A stretch of DNA of 64,000 nucleotides, taken from Bispira polyomma. Taxonomy: Eukaryota. This document shows, piece by piece, positions 49,278-62,290 of this stretch. A program made the position numbers and the translations under genes. The stretch spans positions 49,662,001-49,726,000 of the forward strand of contig OZ287757.1 in NCBI GenBank assembly GCA_965649765.1, in the 5' to 3' direction. The notes beneath the pieces were generated by a model. That model had not been told where the DNA came from and searched no databases. It saw only the letters and a program-made list of their open reading frames with translations. The stretch's first letter is position 1. Each line of letters begins with the position of its first letter.

Positions 49278-52200
49278 TTATATATTAAAATTAAAGTTGA
49301 AATAATGTAGTGGAATGTCTACCCATGTACATCGGTCCCTTATGATGTTAAACTGCTTTTTGTGTGGTGGTTGATCAGAAAATAATCTTGATAACAGGAC
49401 AGCTATAATGTTCTTCTTACCCTCAATATGTCTAATCTCTACAGTAATGTCGTAGGTTGCTGAGATCAACCAAATATTCCTTAAACACAGTGCTAAAAAG
49501 TCATCCTTAGTTTTATTGGACTGAACTACTAGGACTACAGCCATGTTATCACAGTGTAAAACTATGCGTTTATGGCTCCAGTGCTCACCCCAGGCCCTAA
49601 ATGCCAGAAGAATGTTGACCATTTCCAAATGCACTATGAAGAGATTTCTATTATAAATGTTATAAAAAGGTGTAGCGTATATCTGATCGTTATATACTGC
49701 CCCCAGTCCTGTGAGGCAAGAGTCTATGAAAACCTCATTCTCATGGCTTTGTACTATGGGTTGATATATGTGATACCGTTGTAGTTTGGAAGAAATTTGA
49801 CAAACCAAAGTAAATCCGCTTTTATTTCTTCCGATACCTTGAACCTTTTGGCATCACTATTATTTCTAAACGCCATTAGTAATCTATTTATAAAAACTCG
49901 AGCCGGCTTAACGCATTTATGTATATAAAGTAACTTGCCTAGAATAGACTGAAATTTTGTACGGGATATCCAGGTCTTATTAATAATGTCTACACATATG
50001 TCAAGCGTTTCTTTAATCTTGTTCGGTGTGATGCTTATGGTGCCTTTATCTATGTTAATATCAATACCAAGGCAAGTAATTTTTAAACTAGGCCTTGAAA
50101 TTTTGTCTGGATTTAAAGGGAAACCCAAGTATGTGACCAAGTTATGCACTATGTCGAAAGCTGCATCAGCCCGATCCATAGTCAAAACACCGATATAATC
50201 GTTGATATAACAGAATACTTTGTGGTTGCTTTTGTTTAAGGTGTAAGCTATGACGTCAGAGCAACGCTGAAAGGCGGCCAAGCCGTGGACCCAGCCAAAA
50301 GCCACCGCAGGATCGACGTACTTATTGTTGTTTTAAAATTAATACCTAGTGTCATTGCGTCAACTGGGTCCACCCTCAGGTTGCGGAACGCGCACGATAC
50401 GTCCAGTTTAAAAATTTTGGGGTTATGTGTAATTCGAATTTGTTCCACTATATCATCCATGGTTGGAAATTTTAGTACAAAATCTATGCCGTCAAATTTC
50501 GTTCTATCAACGTTGTCATTAACCGAGTTGTCTCGAGGATGTGATAAGTTCAAAATGACTCGCCTCTTGTTCTTATCCTTGGCCCTAGTGAGCAGTGGGG
50601 AGCAGTGAAAAAGTTTGCTGGCAATTGTTGGACTAGGGCCTAACATTGCACCGCATTGTTTCTCTTTGGCTAAGTATTTCTCGATGGCTTCCTTATGTTG
50701 AAGAGCAGAGTAATGGTTAACTGTTTCCTTAACTTGTAATATATCACTGTTCTTAAGGGATAAGGGGAAACCGAACTTAATGTACTGAATGAGTAGTTCA
50801 TCAGGGTAATCTTTCAAGACATCCTCCCAGGCTTGAATGTTCAAACCTGAGATCAAAGGAATCCTTGCACCCTTATAGTTAGGACATCCCGTGTCCCCAA
50901 TGATGTGTGCTATGTCTGACATTTGTTGTATGGAGGTAATGTGTATTGGGGCCCTATCCGGACCTATAAATTTGAAATTGGTTTTAGAGGTGGTCAAAAA
51001 CCCTCTATTCTTATGTGGAAAATTTATATCCCTAACCTGACTGTGATGCACAGTATCCTGTGGTTCAAATTTTTGGAAATTATCGAAGAAGTCGTACGAC
51101 GCCATCTTACCTTTATGACATGATTTAACTGTCTTAACCATTGCTGGTTTGTCATTGCTGACTTTACACATTTTATTTTCATTCAATTCAAGTGACATCT
51201 CATCAATAATATCAACTATATACTCTGTGTAATTGACATTAAATCTATTTTTACAGTTGACATCTCTCTGATAATCTAGCCAAACATTTTTTGCTAACCT
51301 TTTATCCTCATTACTAACATTACTCAACTCGTTTAAATTACCTCTGTATGCCAGTGTCTGACCAGTGTAAACCCGAGTTGAATAATATTCTATGATATTC
51401 ATGCAACCCGCTGGGGGGTGTTTACATTTGAAGTATTGTCCCCTTTGTCCAATGACCCCATCCCCCAAGATATAGAATCCCGAAAGGTGAGTTTGATGGC
51501 ATTGTATATATGCCACAGGCAAGCTGTGGTTTCTATCTGGTATATGATATGACCAACTGGTGACAGAGACAATTATTTCCATGTAAGACCCAACAGGGCC
51601 ACCATATTCAGCCTGTTTATCAACATTATGACAACTTGAGTGGTAACTTTTAAAGTTTTCCTCTTCATTACCATTAGCTTCAATAAAATGTTTACCTGTT
51701 TCAGTATCACTTGCATAATCCGAATTGTAACTGTCGGGATAACTATGATTCTGTGAATTATGTCCAATGTTGTGGGAAAACTCGTTTCCCCTACCCGAAG
51801 CCGAGTTGTGAATACTACCTGAATGTCTGTCAGTATCAAGACTGCACTCAGTACCTGTGAACTGTTTAGGGTTGATAAAATCAACGTGTTTATGATTGAC
51901 ACGCTTGACTGCCCTGTTACCGTTTATGACCCCTTGGCCATGTTGATACAGGTCAGTATGTGGTACGTGGTTTATATCATTATGACCACAATCGATTGAC
52001 AATTCATTTATAATTGCCTTCTCCCTTGACTCGAGTGGGACATTATTCGGTACACCTGTAAGAGGATTATTATTCCAGTTACTGTTAACACCAGATTCTA
52101 GCTTGTCCTTCACGACATTAACAGGATTATTATCCCTACATTTATTGTTATTACCAGATTCTAGCTTGTCCTTCACATCATTAGTTGGTGACTGACATTT

Positions 52201-52428
52201 GCTTTTCACACATACACTGCCCTTGGAGTTAATATTTCCAACGGGTTCTAATATGTCTTTTACAATTTTAACTAATGGTTGCTTATAACATTCGACTTTG
52301 GTATTTTTGTATAGTAACTTATTTTTATCTTTAACTTTTGCTAACTTATCTGTTTTTAGAACACTGTTCCTATTCTCAAACATACTGTCCCTAACTTGAG
52401 TTCCTAGTCCTAGTAGTTGTCCGTCGTC
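49278..52428 (-). pseudogene. pol (spacer + RT + RNase H) of YR element 2, two frameshifts
   Basis: FGFPL, RRVILNLS, KLDVSCAFRNL, MAFGW, CYINDY (YIDD mutated), FQSILGKL, FIDSCLTGLG, HLEMVNI, HCDNMAV; shifts near 50320 and 49780. Confidence 0.88.
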
Positions 52429-53679
52429 CTAGCGGCTAGACCCCTGAACCGGATCTGTCTGCTTGGCTGAATTTGCTTTGTGGCATTTAAATTCCGGATG
52501 GTATATGTCCTTGTTTAGAACCGTGGCGCAATGCCAACATACATGCTTAAAATTACTATGGTCAGATTTATGTGAGCATTTGCCTGAGTTGTAAAGTTTG
52601 CATATCTTCATCGCCCCGTTGTTACTGGGGGTAGAGCTAGTGGTTTTTGAATTCATCATAGCGAGTTGGGAGGCACTGAGGCGGTTTAGAGCCCACTGGG
52701 TAGAGTCGCCCCAAGCCAGCCGACCTTCCTCGACCTCTGTCATGCTGGTGGCCCATGCTGTCTGCACCACCTCCCAGGGCAACGAGGACGCGTCCTTAAG
52801 AGCCAGGATAACTTGTTGGATCACATCTTTAGAAGTGGCCGGATCTGTAACTTGTAGTGCGATGGACAACTGTCCTGATGTCCACTGGGGAAGTGATAAG
52901 TCATCGAAAAGTGGCTTTTTACGTAGGGAACCGCCCGTCCAGCCCTCATTCGCCCACCTGACATTGCGGTTGGCAGTGGGAATATCAGTGGCGTTAAATC
53001 TTCCGGACTTTTGACGTAAAGTATTCTTACCTTGGCTAAAAGCCATCTGTGCCTGGATGTTGTATTCAGCGAGTCTTGCGTTGACCATTGACTGCACATC
53101 AGGAAGTGACTTGAGCACGTCAGCTCTGGGAACGATCCTGTCTGTCGAATAAACCGCAGCAGTGTGAGACCCGGGGACATGTGTTGGTAGCTGATCCGTG
53201 GCTGCTGCCGGCAACGTAAGTTGTGGAGTAGGACGCTCTGCAATCGTGTTGACAGGTAACCTGGCATCATGGCCTGGTAGGGCTATCGTAGGTACTGCCG
53301 GGACAGTCATAGACGAAGGCATCTGCGACGCAAGATGCTGCTGGGGTACATTCGCTATCGGCGGATGAGTACTCAAATCTCTCGCCTCTACACATGCTAG
53401 TCTCTGGCCTAGTGCAGCGTTTAAGTCCTCCAAATGCTTCAAGATAACTAGCATCTGGGAGCTCTTGTCGTCGGGAACCGAAGGGTTGATAAGTTGGAAT
53501 TGGGTGGTTGTAGGTGATGTGTGCTGTGAAGCTTGGGCGAACGGGCCACTGAGATCAGTTACCAGACTGTCATAGACATGGCTATGCTTACCCGTCCGCT
53601 TTGAGGAGCTTTTCTTTGACGCTAACTTCTTGGCTGTCCCATTTGTAGCCGGAGTTTTGGTTGTGTGAGTTCTCCCCAT
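52429..53679 (-). CDS. Gag-like protein of YR element 2 (416 aa)
   Basis: QGKN..KSGRFN..WANEG..FDDLSLPQWTSG..WEVV..VEEGRLAW core and CKLYNSGKC..H..HVCWHC..HPEFKC fingers; intact ORF. Confidence 0.85.
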   Translation of the reverse strand: MGRTHTTKTPATNGTAKKLASKKSSSKRTGKHSHVYDSLVTDLSGPFAQASQHTSPTTTQFQLINPSVPDDKSSQMLVILKHLEDLNAALGQRLACVEARDLSTHPPIANVPQQHLASQMPSSMTVPAVPTIALPGHDARLPVNTIAERPTPQLTLPAAATDQLPTHVPGSHTAAVYSTDRIVPRADVLKSLPDVQSMVNARLAEYNIQAQMAFSQGKNTLRQKSGRFNATDIPTANRNVRWANEGWTGGSLRKKPLFDDLSLPQWTSGQLSIALQVTDPATSKDVIQQVILALKDASSLPWEVVQTAWATSMTEVEEGRLAWGDSTQWALNRLSASQLAMMNSKTTSSTPSNNGAMKICKLYNSGKCSHKSDHSNFKHVCWHCATVLNKDIYHPEFKCHKANSAKQTDPVQGSSR

Positions 53680-54099
53680 AACGACACACAGAACACATAA
53701 AATATATATAGTATAGTTAAAAACAAATAAAAAGATAAAAAAACTAAAATACTAAAACAGTGGAAAGCAACAGTGCCTTCATTAACCTGGCATATAAGAA
53801 AAAATAGGAAATGAATCTGATTGGCTGTGTGCTAGTATACCAGCCAAATAGTAGTGTAGCCCCATTCGCTAGGGGTTAAGGTAAAGAGTAAAATTTCTAG
53901 TGGGAGAACTGAACTATCAGACCCCTGTTGGGTCATGATGTGCACATGCTGCAAAGAAAACACAGAATGTACATGAGATAAACTTTGTTAAAGGAAGGGT
54001 CATCACTAGCGTATCATTAGTTTATACTGTAATTAGGTGTATTGGTTAACTGCTGCAACAAGAAGGCTGCTTTTGTTTAAACAAAGTTATTTAACACAC

Positions 54100-54720
54100 T
54101 CATATCGTTGAAACAGTTAATAATGAATTTTACAGAAAATTTATATTAATTGAAAAGCAAAATTTAAGTGTGCAAATTAGCTTTCCACTTGGTTTGCCAA
54201 AGCTATCCTTGTATCATTCTGACCAAGATATTAAAGACAAAATGTACTTACTGCAACTATCACAAAACGAAGAGACTTTTTCAAAGATAATACTAAGCTT
54301 GACATTTTTATGGAGAAAGAAAATATGAACATCTTTAATGACTATATAGTACAAATATTCTTAAATAGGAAAATTGCTTTAAAGTAGTAAGCCGTAACCA
54401 ATTAAAAATGACATGCATTAATAAACTGAATCTGTAAATGTTGTGTAAACATTCTTGAATATTATATTTTGTATGACACCCAAAACTGTATTATTTGGTT
54501 ATATTAGTGTTGAAAACAACAGAGTAATTACCCATCTGTTAAAATTGTTAAATGATATTTTTATGTTAAAAAATGTAGAGAAAATATGTTAAGCATTACT
54601 GTTTTAAAGAATACACTTTTATACATATATCAAATAGAAAAAGAAATACTTGAATACAGTCCAAAAGGGAAAAAAACATTCTTTCTGAATAAATGGAAGC
54701 CTGTTGTAAATATGCTGTAG
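54100..54720 (+). mobile_element. Highly decayed Tx1/L1-clade LINE 3' region
   Basis: KCTYCN zinc-finger remnant and terminal YQIEKEIL..FLNKWKP pattern. Confidence 0.45.
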
Positions 54721-54749
54721 TGAGTTGTATCAATAATTATCCTAAATGT

Positions 54750-57700
54750 TTTCTAGTACTAGTAAAGCCAAATAATTTTCCAAGACAAAAGTAGGGTCTG
54801 TGAGGTGTATAAGGTGTGTTTTTAGGCAACGACGACAACTTTAAAAGGCTTTTGTAGCAATTCAGAAGAAAAGAGTGTTTTACAATTGTTTCACAGCCCC
54901 CTCAGATCTAGTACCAGGCTAATGGGGCCAATTAGGCAACCTGAGGTCACAAAGAAAACTTTAAAAGGCTTTGGTGCCCAACCAGCGCCATCATTACTTT
55001 TGTAGCAATTCAGAAAAAAGAGTGTTTTACAATTGAGCTTTTACTACCCTAACTATTGTTTTGACCTCATTTTATGTTATTTGATCATGTCTAAGAAAGA
55101 AAATCAGTATAATGCCTGTCTAGGAAAGCATGCTCGTCCTGTGGGAAAGCAGGTCATTTCAACTTGGTGTACAGCGTTGCCAATGAAGTACCCATGGTTG
55201 GCCATGCTACTTTAGATGACATGTCTGATTGCTAGTAATGTAACTGAACCAGTAGTTGAGGCTGTTGTGCCCTCCCTAGAATTCCTAAGATCTCGGAGAG
55301 GTGGCTCCAATCAACTATTTGACAAACCTGATGGATGATGCCCATGATTTTTCGTGGGGCGCCGCCAAAGCATCCCATGTCATTTTGTTAACAAACATGG
55401 AACTTGACCGCCTTAAATGGACATACGTAGATAAAATTGACCGAGTGCGTAGGGCGCATGCTCAGTGTCATATTCCCCCTAGCTTAAGTGGGTCTAGCAC
55501 TTCAAAAACCAGTAGTGTTAGTAAAAACCAAACTTAGACGAAAACACAAGGGGTTACATGTAAATTTTACAAAGAAGGAACATGTAAGTTTAACGATAGT
55601 CACCGTACTTCTGGTCAGCTGTTTAAACATTGTTGTGAAAATTGTAACTGTCTGCATGTGACAAAATTGTGTCCCAAGAAAGGGGTCACAAAAAACTAAG
55701 TGGCCACTGCACAGTGGATATAAAAGGCAGACTGATAAAGTGTTTTCTAGGCTTGTATATAATTGTAATATAATGAGTTTACAGATTTAAAATTGTGTGA
55801 TAAAATGTATTTTAACCATTATGTATGTAGTAACAAAAATGTGAAAAGATCCAAAAAGGACATGGTTGAGAAGGGGGACAGCCATATTCCAAGTGGATTC
55901 ACAATAAAACTTGTTGTAGGCAAAATTGAGAAATGGTAAAGTGTCAGCCTGCCCTGTCCAACTTAAAACGAAAATATTCACCAAGGTGAAAGTTTCTAAT
56001 AAAGACAAAAGAGTCCCAAATAAGTGTGTAAACAAGCCTTTACATTCTGTCGACCAGCCTGTCAGAAAGGGAGACGTCAACCAAAACTAAACAATCACCA
56101 CCGGTTGGGGACATGTCAGAAATGACTCAGTGAACGTGTTGACCAAGAATGGGCCCTATATAAACCCCTCCGAGGTGGGGGCAGTCCTCCATTGTACTCC
56201 ACTACAAAGGCAATGAACTCAGGTAATGGTAACAATAGCTATGAGTATGGGGCCTTCCAATTAACTCCACAGAATAGATATGCCTTGTTAGACAAACCTT
56301 GTGTAAGAAGAAGTAATGACACAGGACACTGTGTGTGGGGGTTGGGACTTTAAAAAGGTGTTACCCTGTAAACAAAGACTGACCAACACTGAACCAATTG
56401 TGATGACAAGTATGATTTGGACATGAACAAATATTCCGATAAGAGACAGTGCCTCAATGTTGCTAAAGAATGTGACACATATAAATTGTGGGATGTGCAA
56501 AATAGTGGCAAATTCGGGTTTATCCCTCTTAGTCATTAAGAGTGACCCTCTACTTGATAACTCTGGTGACAAGTTACTAATAGACGCCTTCATTCTCCAC
56601 ATGTTTCTAATTATATAATTATAGAGGCCTCCAGGTACCTGTCATTTCACAACTTAATGCCTCTGTGTGGGCTAAATACTTGCAGGATTGCTGGGACTGG
56701 GAACTTTACTGGAAACCCTAATGATAAAGTTTAGGTTTCCCAATTACTGTGATAAGGAACAGTTTAAGTCTGAACTTAACAATCACTCCTCTGCTACTCA
56801 GTGTCCTCAACATGTGTCTCATTACTTAGAGGAAGAATGTCAACTGGGGTCATGTATGGGCCTTTTGCTGTACCCCCTATTGAAAATCTACATACCTCTT
56901 CATTTATGACTAGGGACAAGTCGAGCACCATTAACCATTGTGTTATATTAGACCTCATCTTTTGTTGGGACTGTACTGGGATGGTTACTCAGTCAGCGGA
57001 TTGCTACCCTTTGGCTACAAGGACGGCTTGGCGATTTTCCAGCGAATCTCAGATGGCATAAGATATATTATGCAAGGTGAAGGTCACCATATCTCGAACT
57101 ACATTGACGATCTCCTAGGTTGCGCAACTCCCACAAATAGATACTAGCCCTACAACCGATTACAGGCCCTCTTAACCGAACTAAGCTTGACTCTGAGCCA
57201 GAAAAAATTGGTCCCTCCTGCGACTCAGGTTACTTGTCCAGGCATTATTATAGATACGGTTAATTTTACTACCTCGATACTAGAGGTAAAACTTCAAAGT
57301 AAAAACAAACATGTACAAAAGTACTGGACAAACATTTCAGTTTTTGCTGGATTTCCTACTTTATGTCTCTGATTGTGTTAAATATTTAAGATTTTTCTTG
57401 AACAGAATGCTGCACATCCTGAGAGAAGTAATTAAAAAAGCAAAACCTTAAAAATTACCTCTGACTTTCATAATGATCTAAATTGGTTTAGGACTTTTCC
57501 AGTAAATTCAAGGGAGTTTCAGTATTTTTACCACAAACCCACAACTGCCATGATGGAGTTGGATGCTTGACTGACTGGTATGGGGGGGGAGTTATGGAAA
57601 AGTGTAGACACTGCCAATACTTGCTGAAATGCAGCATCGAAACATTGCTTCCCTAGAGATGTTAAACATTGTGGTTGCATTAAAGATATGGGGTGAACAG

Positions 57701-59360
57701 TGGCAGAGGCACGGGGTCCTCATAAAGTGACAACCAAGCTGTTGTCAGTGTCCTCACTAATGGTAGAACCCGGGATAGTGTCTTGGCCTTGTAACATTCT
57801 TATGATGGCAAGTCATTTTGATGTTGAATTAAAGGTTATTCACATATTAGGTGACGACAATACAACTGCTGTCCTGCTGTCCAGATGGACCAACTCCAAT
57901 CAAAATAATGTTTTTGTATAAATTTGTAGGACAGGTTCAGTGGTGCCCAGTTACTGAAAAACACCTTACTTTATGAAAACATATAATGTATCAATATGTC
58001 AATGTCTTCCTGGTAGTGTTTTGTTTTTCAGATAAAAAAATATTTTAACAGTTGTTATACAGAAATGCAACAAAAAACTGCACCTGGCTTTCTGTAGGTG
58101 CCAGATCTTACAATGCCATGTACGGAGTGTATTTGACTTATGCTGCATTTATTGATTGGCCTATAGATCAGGTGACTGTGTTTGACCTTCTTGCGTTTCT
58201 AAAATTATTAAAATTCAATTCTGTCAAATAAGCCTATATAGCTAACAATTTGTCTACCATTAAAGCTAAATCCATTGTGCATAATGTCCAAATAAAAGCC
58301 TTCAGTGACAAACGTATTACCTACTATCAAAAGGCTGTGCCAATGACAGCTCCTACATGTCAAACTGAAAAAAAAAGATTACAAATGTGCCCACCTTACA
58401 TAAACATCGTAGCCATTTGCCTTACCACTTACATGGACCTTGTATTTAAAGCTGTGTATTTGCTAAGCTCCTTCTGGGCCTAACTCACTTTTGTTCCAAT
58501 TTAAAATTAACCAAAACTGGACTCCTTTAACTGACACCTGGGTACATCGTCATTTTAATGATATCCTCACCAGGCTAAAATTAAACGATTCTGGTCTTAC
58601 CTTCCACGCTTTCCGTTGTTCAGGTGCCACTTTTGCTTTTAACCATAAAAAAGCATTCAAAACACTCAAAACCATGGCACCTGAACCTTGGATTGCGTAT
58701 GGAGGTATGTCACTGATACTGTGGATGCTGGCCACCAAGAGGCAGATACCTTTCGACAGCATCTTTCTGCTCTCCTCTTCCCTAACAACCTACTGCTTTG
58801 GGGTTTGGGTGTTTGTAGTCAGTTGCTAGGTTTACATATATGGATCCATTTCTTGCTTAATACAGTTATATAGTATCACTGTTAACTCCTTTCGACAGCA
58901 TTTACTTAATCAGTTACGTAACTTGCTAGTTAAAACTTAGATTGTGTTTGACTGTAAAATAGTGATACGAACATTCACTATTAGTTTAGCTGTCTGCTTA
59001 CTGCCTATAGTTGAATCTTCTAGTTAGAACTTTATCACAATATTACCTTTTTCTAAAGTGTTAAATATAATTTCTTTGGAATCTAAGGTCACCTGAGTTA
59101 TAGTAAACTGTCCAAGAGCTGCTTAAATGTTATATGGACAATGACTTGTGACCTTAACACAAAAATTATTAATAATTTTAATAAAACATTTATTACTTAC
59201 CTTAAGTTAAAACATAAAACAGTATATAGTAGCCTAACAACTCAGTCTAACAATAAATGTTTACCACATTCTGTTGAATATATACTTTTCTCATCTGAAC
59301 CTCCGACCCCTTTGGTCTGTCACTCGGGGAAATGATTGTCCCATATTAGGGTTACTTTTT
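54750..59360 (+). mobile_element. YR retrotransposon 3, heavily decayed, same family type as element 1
   Basis: YLTNLMDDAHDFSWGAAKASHVILL..DKIDRVRRAHAQ (gag), LPFGYKDGLAIFQRISD..NYIDD (RT), FHAFRCSGATFAF and DCVWRYV (YR); A AAA AAC at the gag end (55690-55696). Confidence 0.88.
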
Positions 59361-59559
59361 TTTCTTCTTGCCAAGGTACTAGCAATACCTATAAGATGTA
59401 GCAATGAAATAAAAGGTATATCTATAAATAGAGCTAAGTTCAAAATCATAATGCTTACTTATGATACTACTCTAACCTTGAACAGCATAAGAGCTATATG
59501 AGAAAAATAATTCCAATTGATCTAAACATGTTCACTGATCCAAGTAAGCCGTGTGCAAA

Positions 59560-59790
59560 ATAAAATTAAGAAAATGGCCATTTAAAACATTAGGTATTTG
59601 GTTTTTTCAATAAAATACATAAATGGTAGATCTAAATTTCAAAGGTAGGCTAGCTAATATGAAGAATATGCTTTACATTTGGAACTCAAGAAAATCACTT
59701 CAAGCGAGAATAGCTGTACTAAAGTCATTAATATTACCTCTGATTTTATTTCTGTTTTGTTTAATTTACGTTATTTATTATTATACCGGT
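59560..59790 (+). mobile_element. Tx1/L1-clade LINE fragment
   Basis: KTLGIWF, NMLYIWNSRKSLQARIAVLKSLILP. Confidence 0.6.
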
Positions 59791-60089
59791 AAAATGGTGA
59801 ACTGATGAAATTCAAATTAAGGTTAATTACAAAATAGTACCCCTTTGTAATCTCACATCAAACTTAACATATAATGATCCTAGAAAATTACAGTCTTAGC
59901 CAATAACGTCAATAGAAACTTGGATAAACCTATACTCCTTTTTAAAAGGACATATCTGGAATGATATCATTGATTTAATATCCATTTAAAGTGATAAAAT
60001 AGACATACATGCAGTATGCATTTTAGTATAAAGTATTATACAGAATTATTAACTCTAATTACAATATTTTTAAGTGTGGAATTAAAGAC

Positions 60090-62290
60090 ACCCCAGAATG
60101 TATCTTTATCTAGTAAAAATAAAACAAAAAAGAATTACAAAAGTCAATGCAACTACCCACAAGTGCATTAGCCAAAAACACTGTTGTATCCTGTGACAAA
60201 ACGCATTTTACATGTCTTAGATCTCTTAGACTGGCAAAACAGGATTTACAGACAGAAGTGACATATTTGCTGAACAAAATATCAGCGTCAAACATTAACT
60301 CAAGATTACATACATCTGACGGTGATATCGTATTCCCAGGGATGTTTATTGGGAAACAAACTGGATAAGTTGTTTATTCGTGCCCAAAACTATCAACTCT
60401 GTTTTGTCAGGATTAAGCTTAATTAATAACATACATTCATTCAAGGCAGGTTTTAAGAGTGTCAAAAGCAATGGTGGCAATCGATGATGAGAGGTGAATG
60501 TATAACTGTTTATTGTCAGCCTAAAAGCAATATTTAATTGAACTATATTCGCTGATAATGTGACTGGAGTGGTTTTGTATACAATGAAAAGAGAATTGCT
60601 TTAAAAACTGAACGCTGAGGGACACACAATTTGAGCTTTATAGAAGCAGAAAGAGATGAACCGATTTTAATTGCTTGATATCTATCTGCCAAATGAAATT
60701 TGAACCAAGCAAGGGCAGTACCACTGACACCATACCAAGAAGTAAGACAGTGTAGGGAAGTATGATGGTCAGTAGTGTAGAAAGCAGCAGAGAAATCCAG
60801 TAGAACCAGGGCAGTAGGATGACCATTATAGAGTGAGACATGTATCTTACATTCAATAGAGAGGTAGGGGCCACGGTGGCCTAGTGGTTAGCAAGCATTG
60901 CGCTTCACAATCACTAGTCTCTCACCTCTGGGTGGCGTGAGTTCGATTCCCGTCGATGCCTATGTGGGAAAGGTGGTAGTTCCTTACTGTGGGTCGCTGG
61001 TTTCAGTGCAGAACCTTGATCAACTGTACGCAGTGTTTCCTCCAGCAGTTCCAACTACCCGTCCCAATATAACCTAAAACAGGTACTAGAGTGGACGTTA
61101 AATATCCCAAATCAAAAAAAAAAAAAAAATTAATAGAGAGGCGAGCCTTATTAGCAGAGTAGCCATATTGGTATGTGGATCAAAACATGTTACTAAGACA
61201 ATGTTTATCAAGGTGAGTGGTAACCTAAGAAGTAATTATTCTTTCAACTAACTTCGAGATGAAGTATAAGGCAGAAACTGGTCTATAGTTTTTAAATGAT
61301 CTTTTGGCAGTGTTGACTTCCTAATAAAGGCGGTTTTAACAGTGCACTCAAAAGCTCCCAGAGTTTCGCTGACAAAGGAGAGATTGACAAGCCTAGTAAT
61401 GGATGGTGCAACAATATCTAGGCAACCATTGACCAATGAGGGATCAAGACTGGATCTTTTACATGGGAAATCTTTAATGAATTTGACTATTTTATCATTA
61501 TTGACAGGATTGAAAGCAGAAAACATAGAAGTAGGGATGTGGATGTCATACTTTTATCAGGAAAACTGTCTCTTATATTTCTAATTTTGTTACAAAAAGT
61601 CTAAAACATCACAGCAGGTTTTCACTGAGGCGTGGGAGGCAGGAATGGTGTCATGTTTTCTGTGTAAAATGTTTTCTACCATATAATTGTTACTATTGTC
61701 CATATCTTGTCTCATATAATTCATCTCTTGCCTTGCTTAATATGTGGTTGCATCGGTTAATTTGTCTGTGCAGCCAGATTCGGCTGAGCACTGACTTGTG
61801 TCTTCTCCATTTACACTCAAATTACTATGAAGGCATTTGGCAGTACAGTATTCAGTGGTTTTTGTTTTATGGGGGAGCATGCATACCTAAATTATGGCTA
61901 AGGACGGGGAGATATTGATTGTATAGTTCACCAATATCATTGGAAGGTGAAAGAACAAAGAAACAATTTTGTAAATAACTGTTTGAACTATCCATATTAA
62001 TTTTGTGCAGCTGCCAGAGAGTAATTGTACTACATGCAAAACATGAGGGAATTAAGGGATGTAGATCATATAATACCATAGAATGGTCACTAATAAAGCC
62101 TGTATGTGTCATATGTGAAGCGAGTTGAGCAGTCAGCTGGAGTGAGCAGTAAATCTAGGGTGTGGCTGAGTCGGAGAATTAACATGCTGAGATAAGTTGC
62201 ACGATTCCAATGAAGTGTTAAAATTATAAATTCATCCATACCATAAACATAGATTCAGAAAATTTGGACATTGACATAAGGGGTGTATTA
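60090..62290 (-). mobile_element. Degenerate L2/CR1 LINE (EN to C-terminus) interrupted by a SINE
   Basis: GFISDHSMV, KRSSLDP..CLDIVAPSITRLVNLS, LDFSAAF, LKLNPDKTE, YVTSVCKSCFASLRDL..ANALVGSCIDFCNS. Confidence 0.82.
60867..61129 (+). mobile_element. Full-length tRNA-derived SINE with poly(A) tail and 10-bp TSD
   Basis: A box TGGCCTAGTGG, B box GAGTTCGATTCC, A-tail 61114-61129, TSD AATAGAGAGG at 60855-60864 and 61132-61141. Confidence 0.92.

Larger units (their letters stand above)
47900..53935 (-). mobile_element. YR (DIRS-order) retrotransposon 2, different family, inactivated
   Basis: gag 52429-53679, pol 49278-52428 in three frames, YR 48418-49271; short imperfect inverted match 47927-47946 / 53903-53925. 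Confidence 0.9.

Noticed and set aside
52598-53270. Antisense and alternate-frame ORFs in gag (also 584-1015, 13498-13683, 50285-50608)
   Set aside because: Shadows of GC-richer real coding frames; not conserved between elements.
60867-60960. tRNA gene
   Set aside because: A and B boxes are present, but followed by a SINE body, poly(A) and TSD, with a second copy at 4636.
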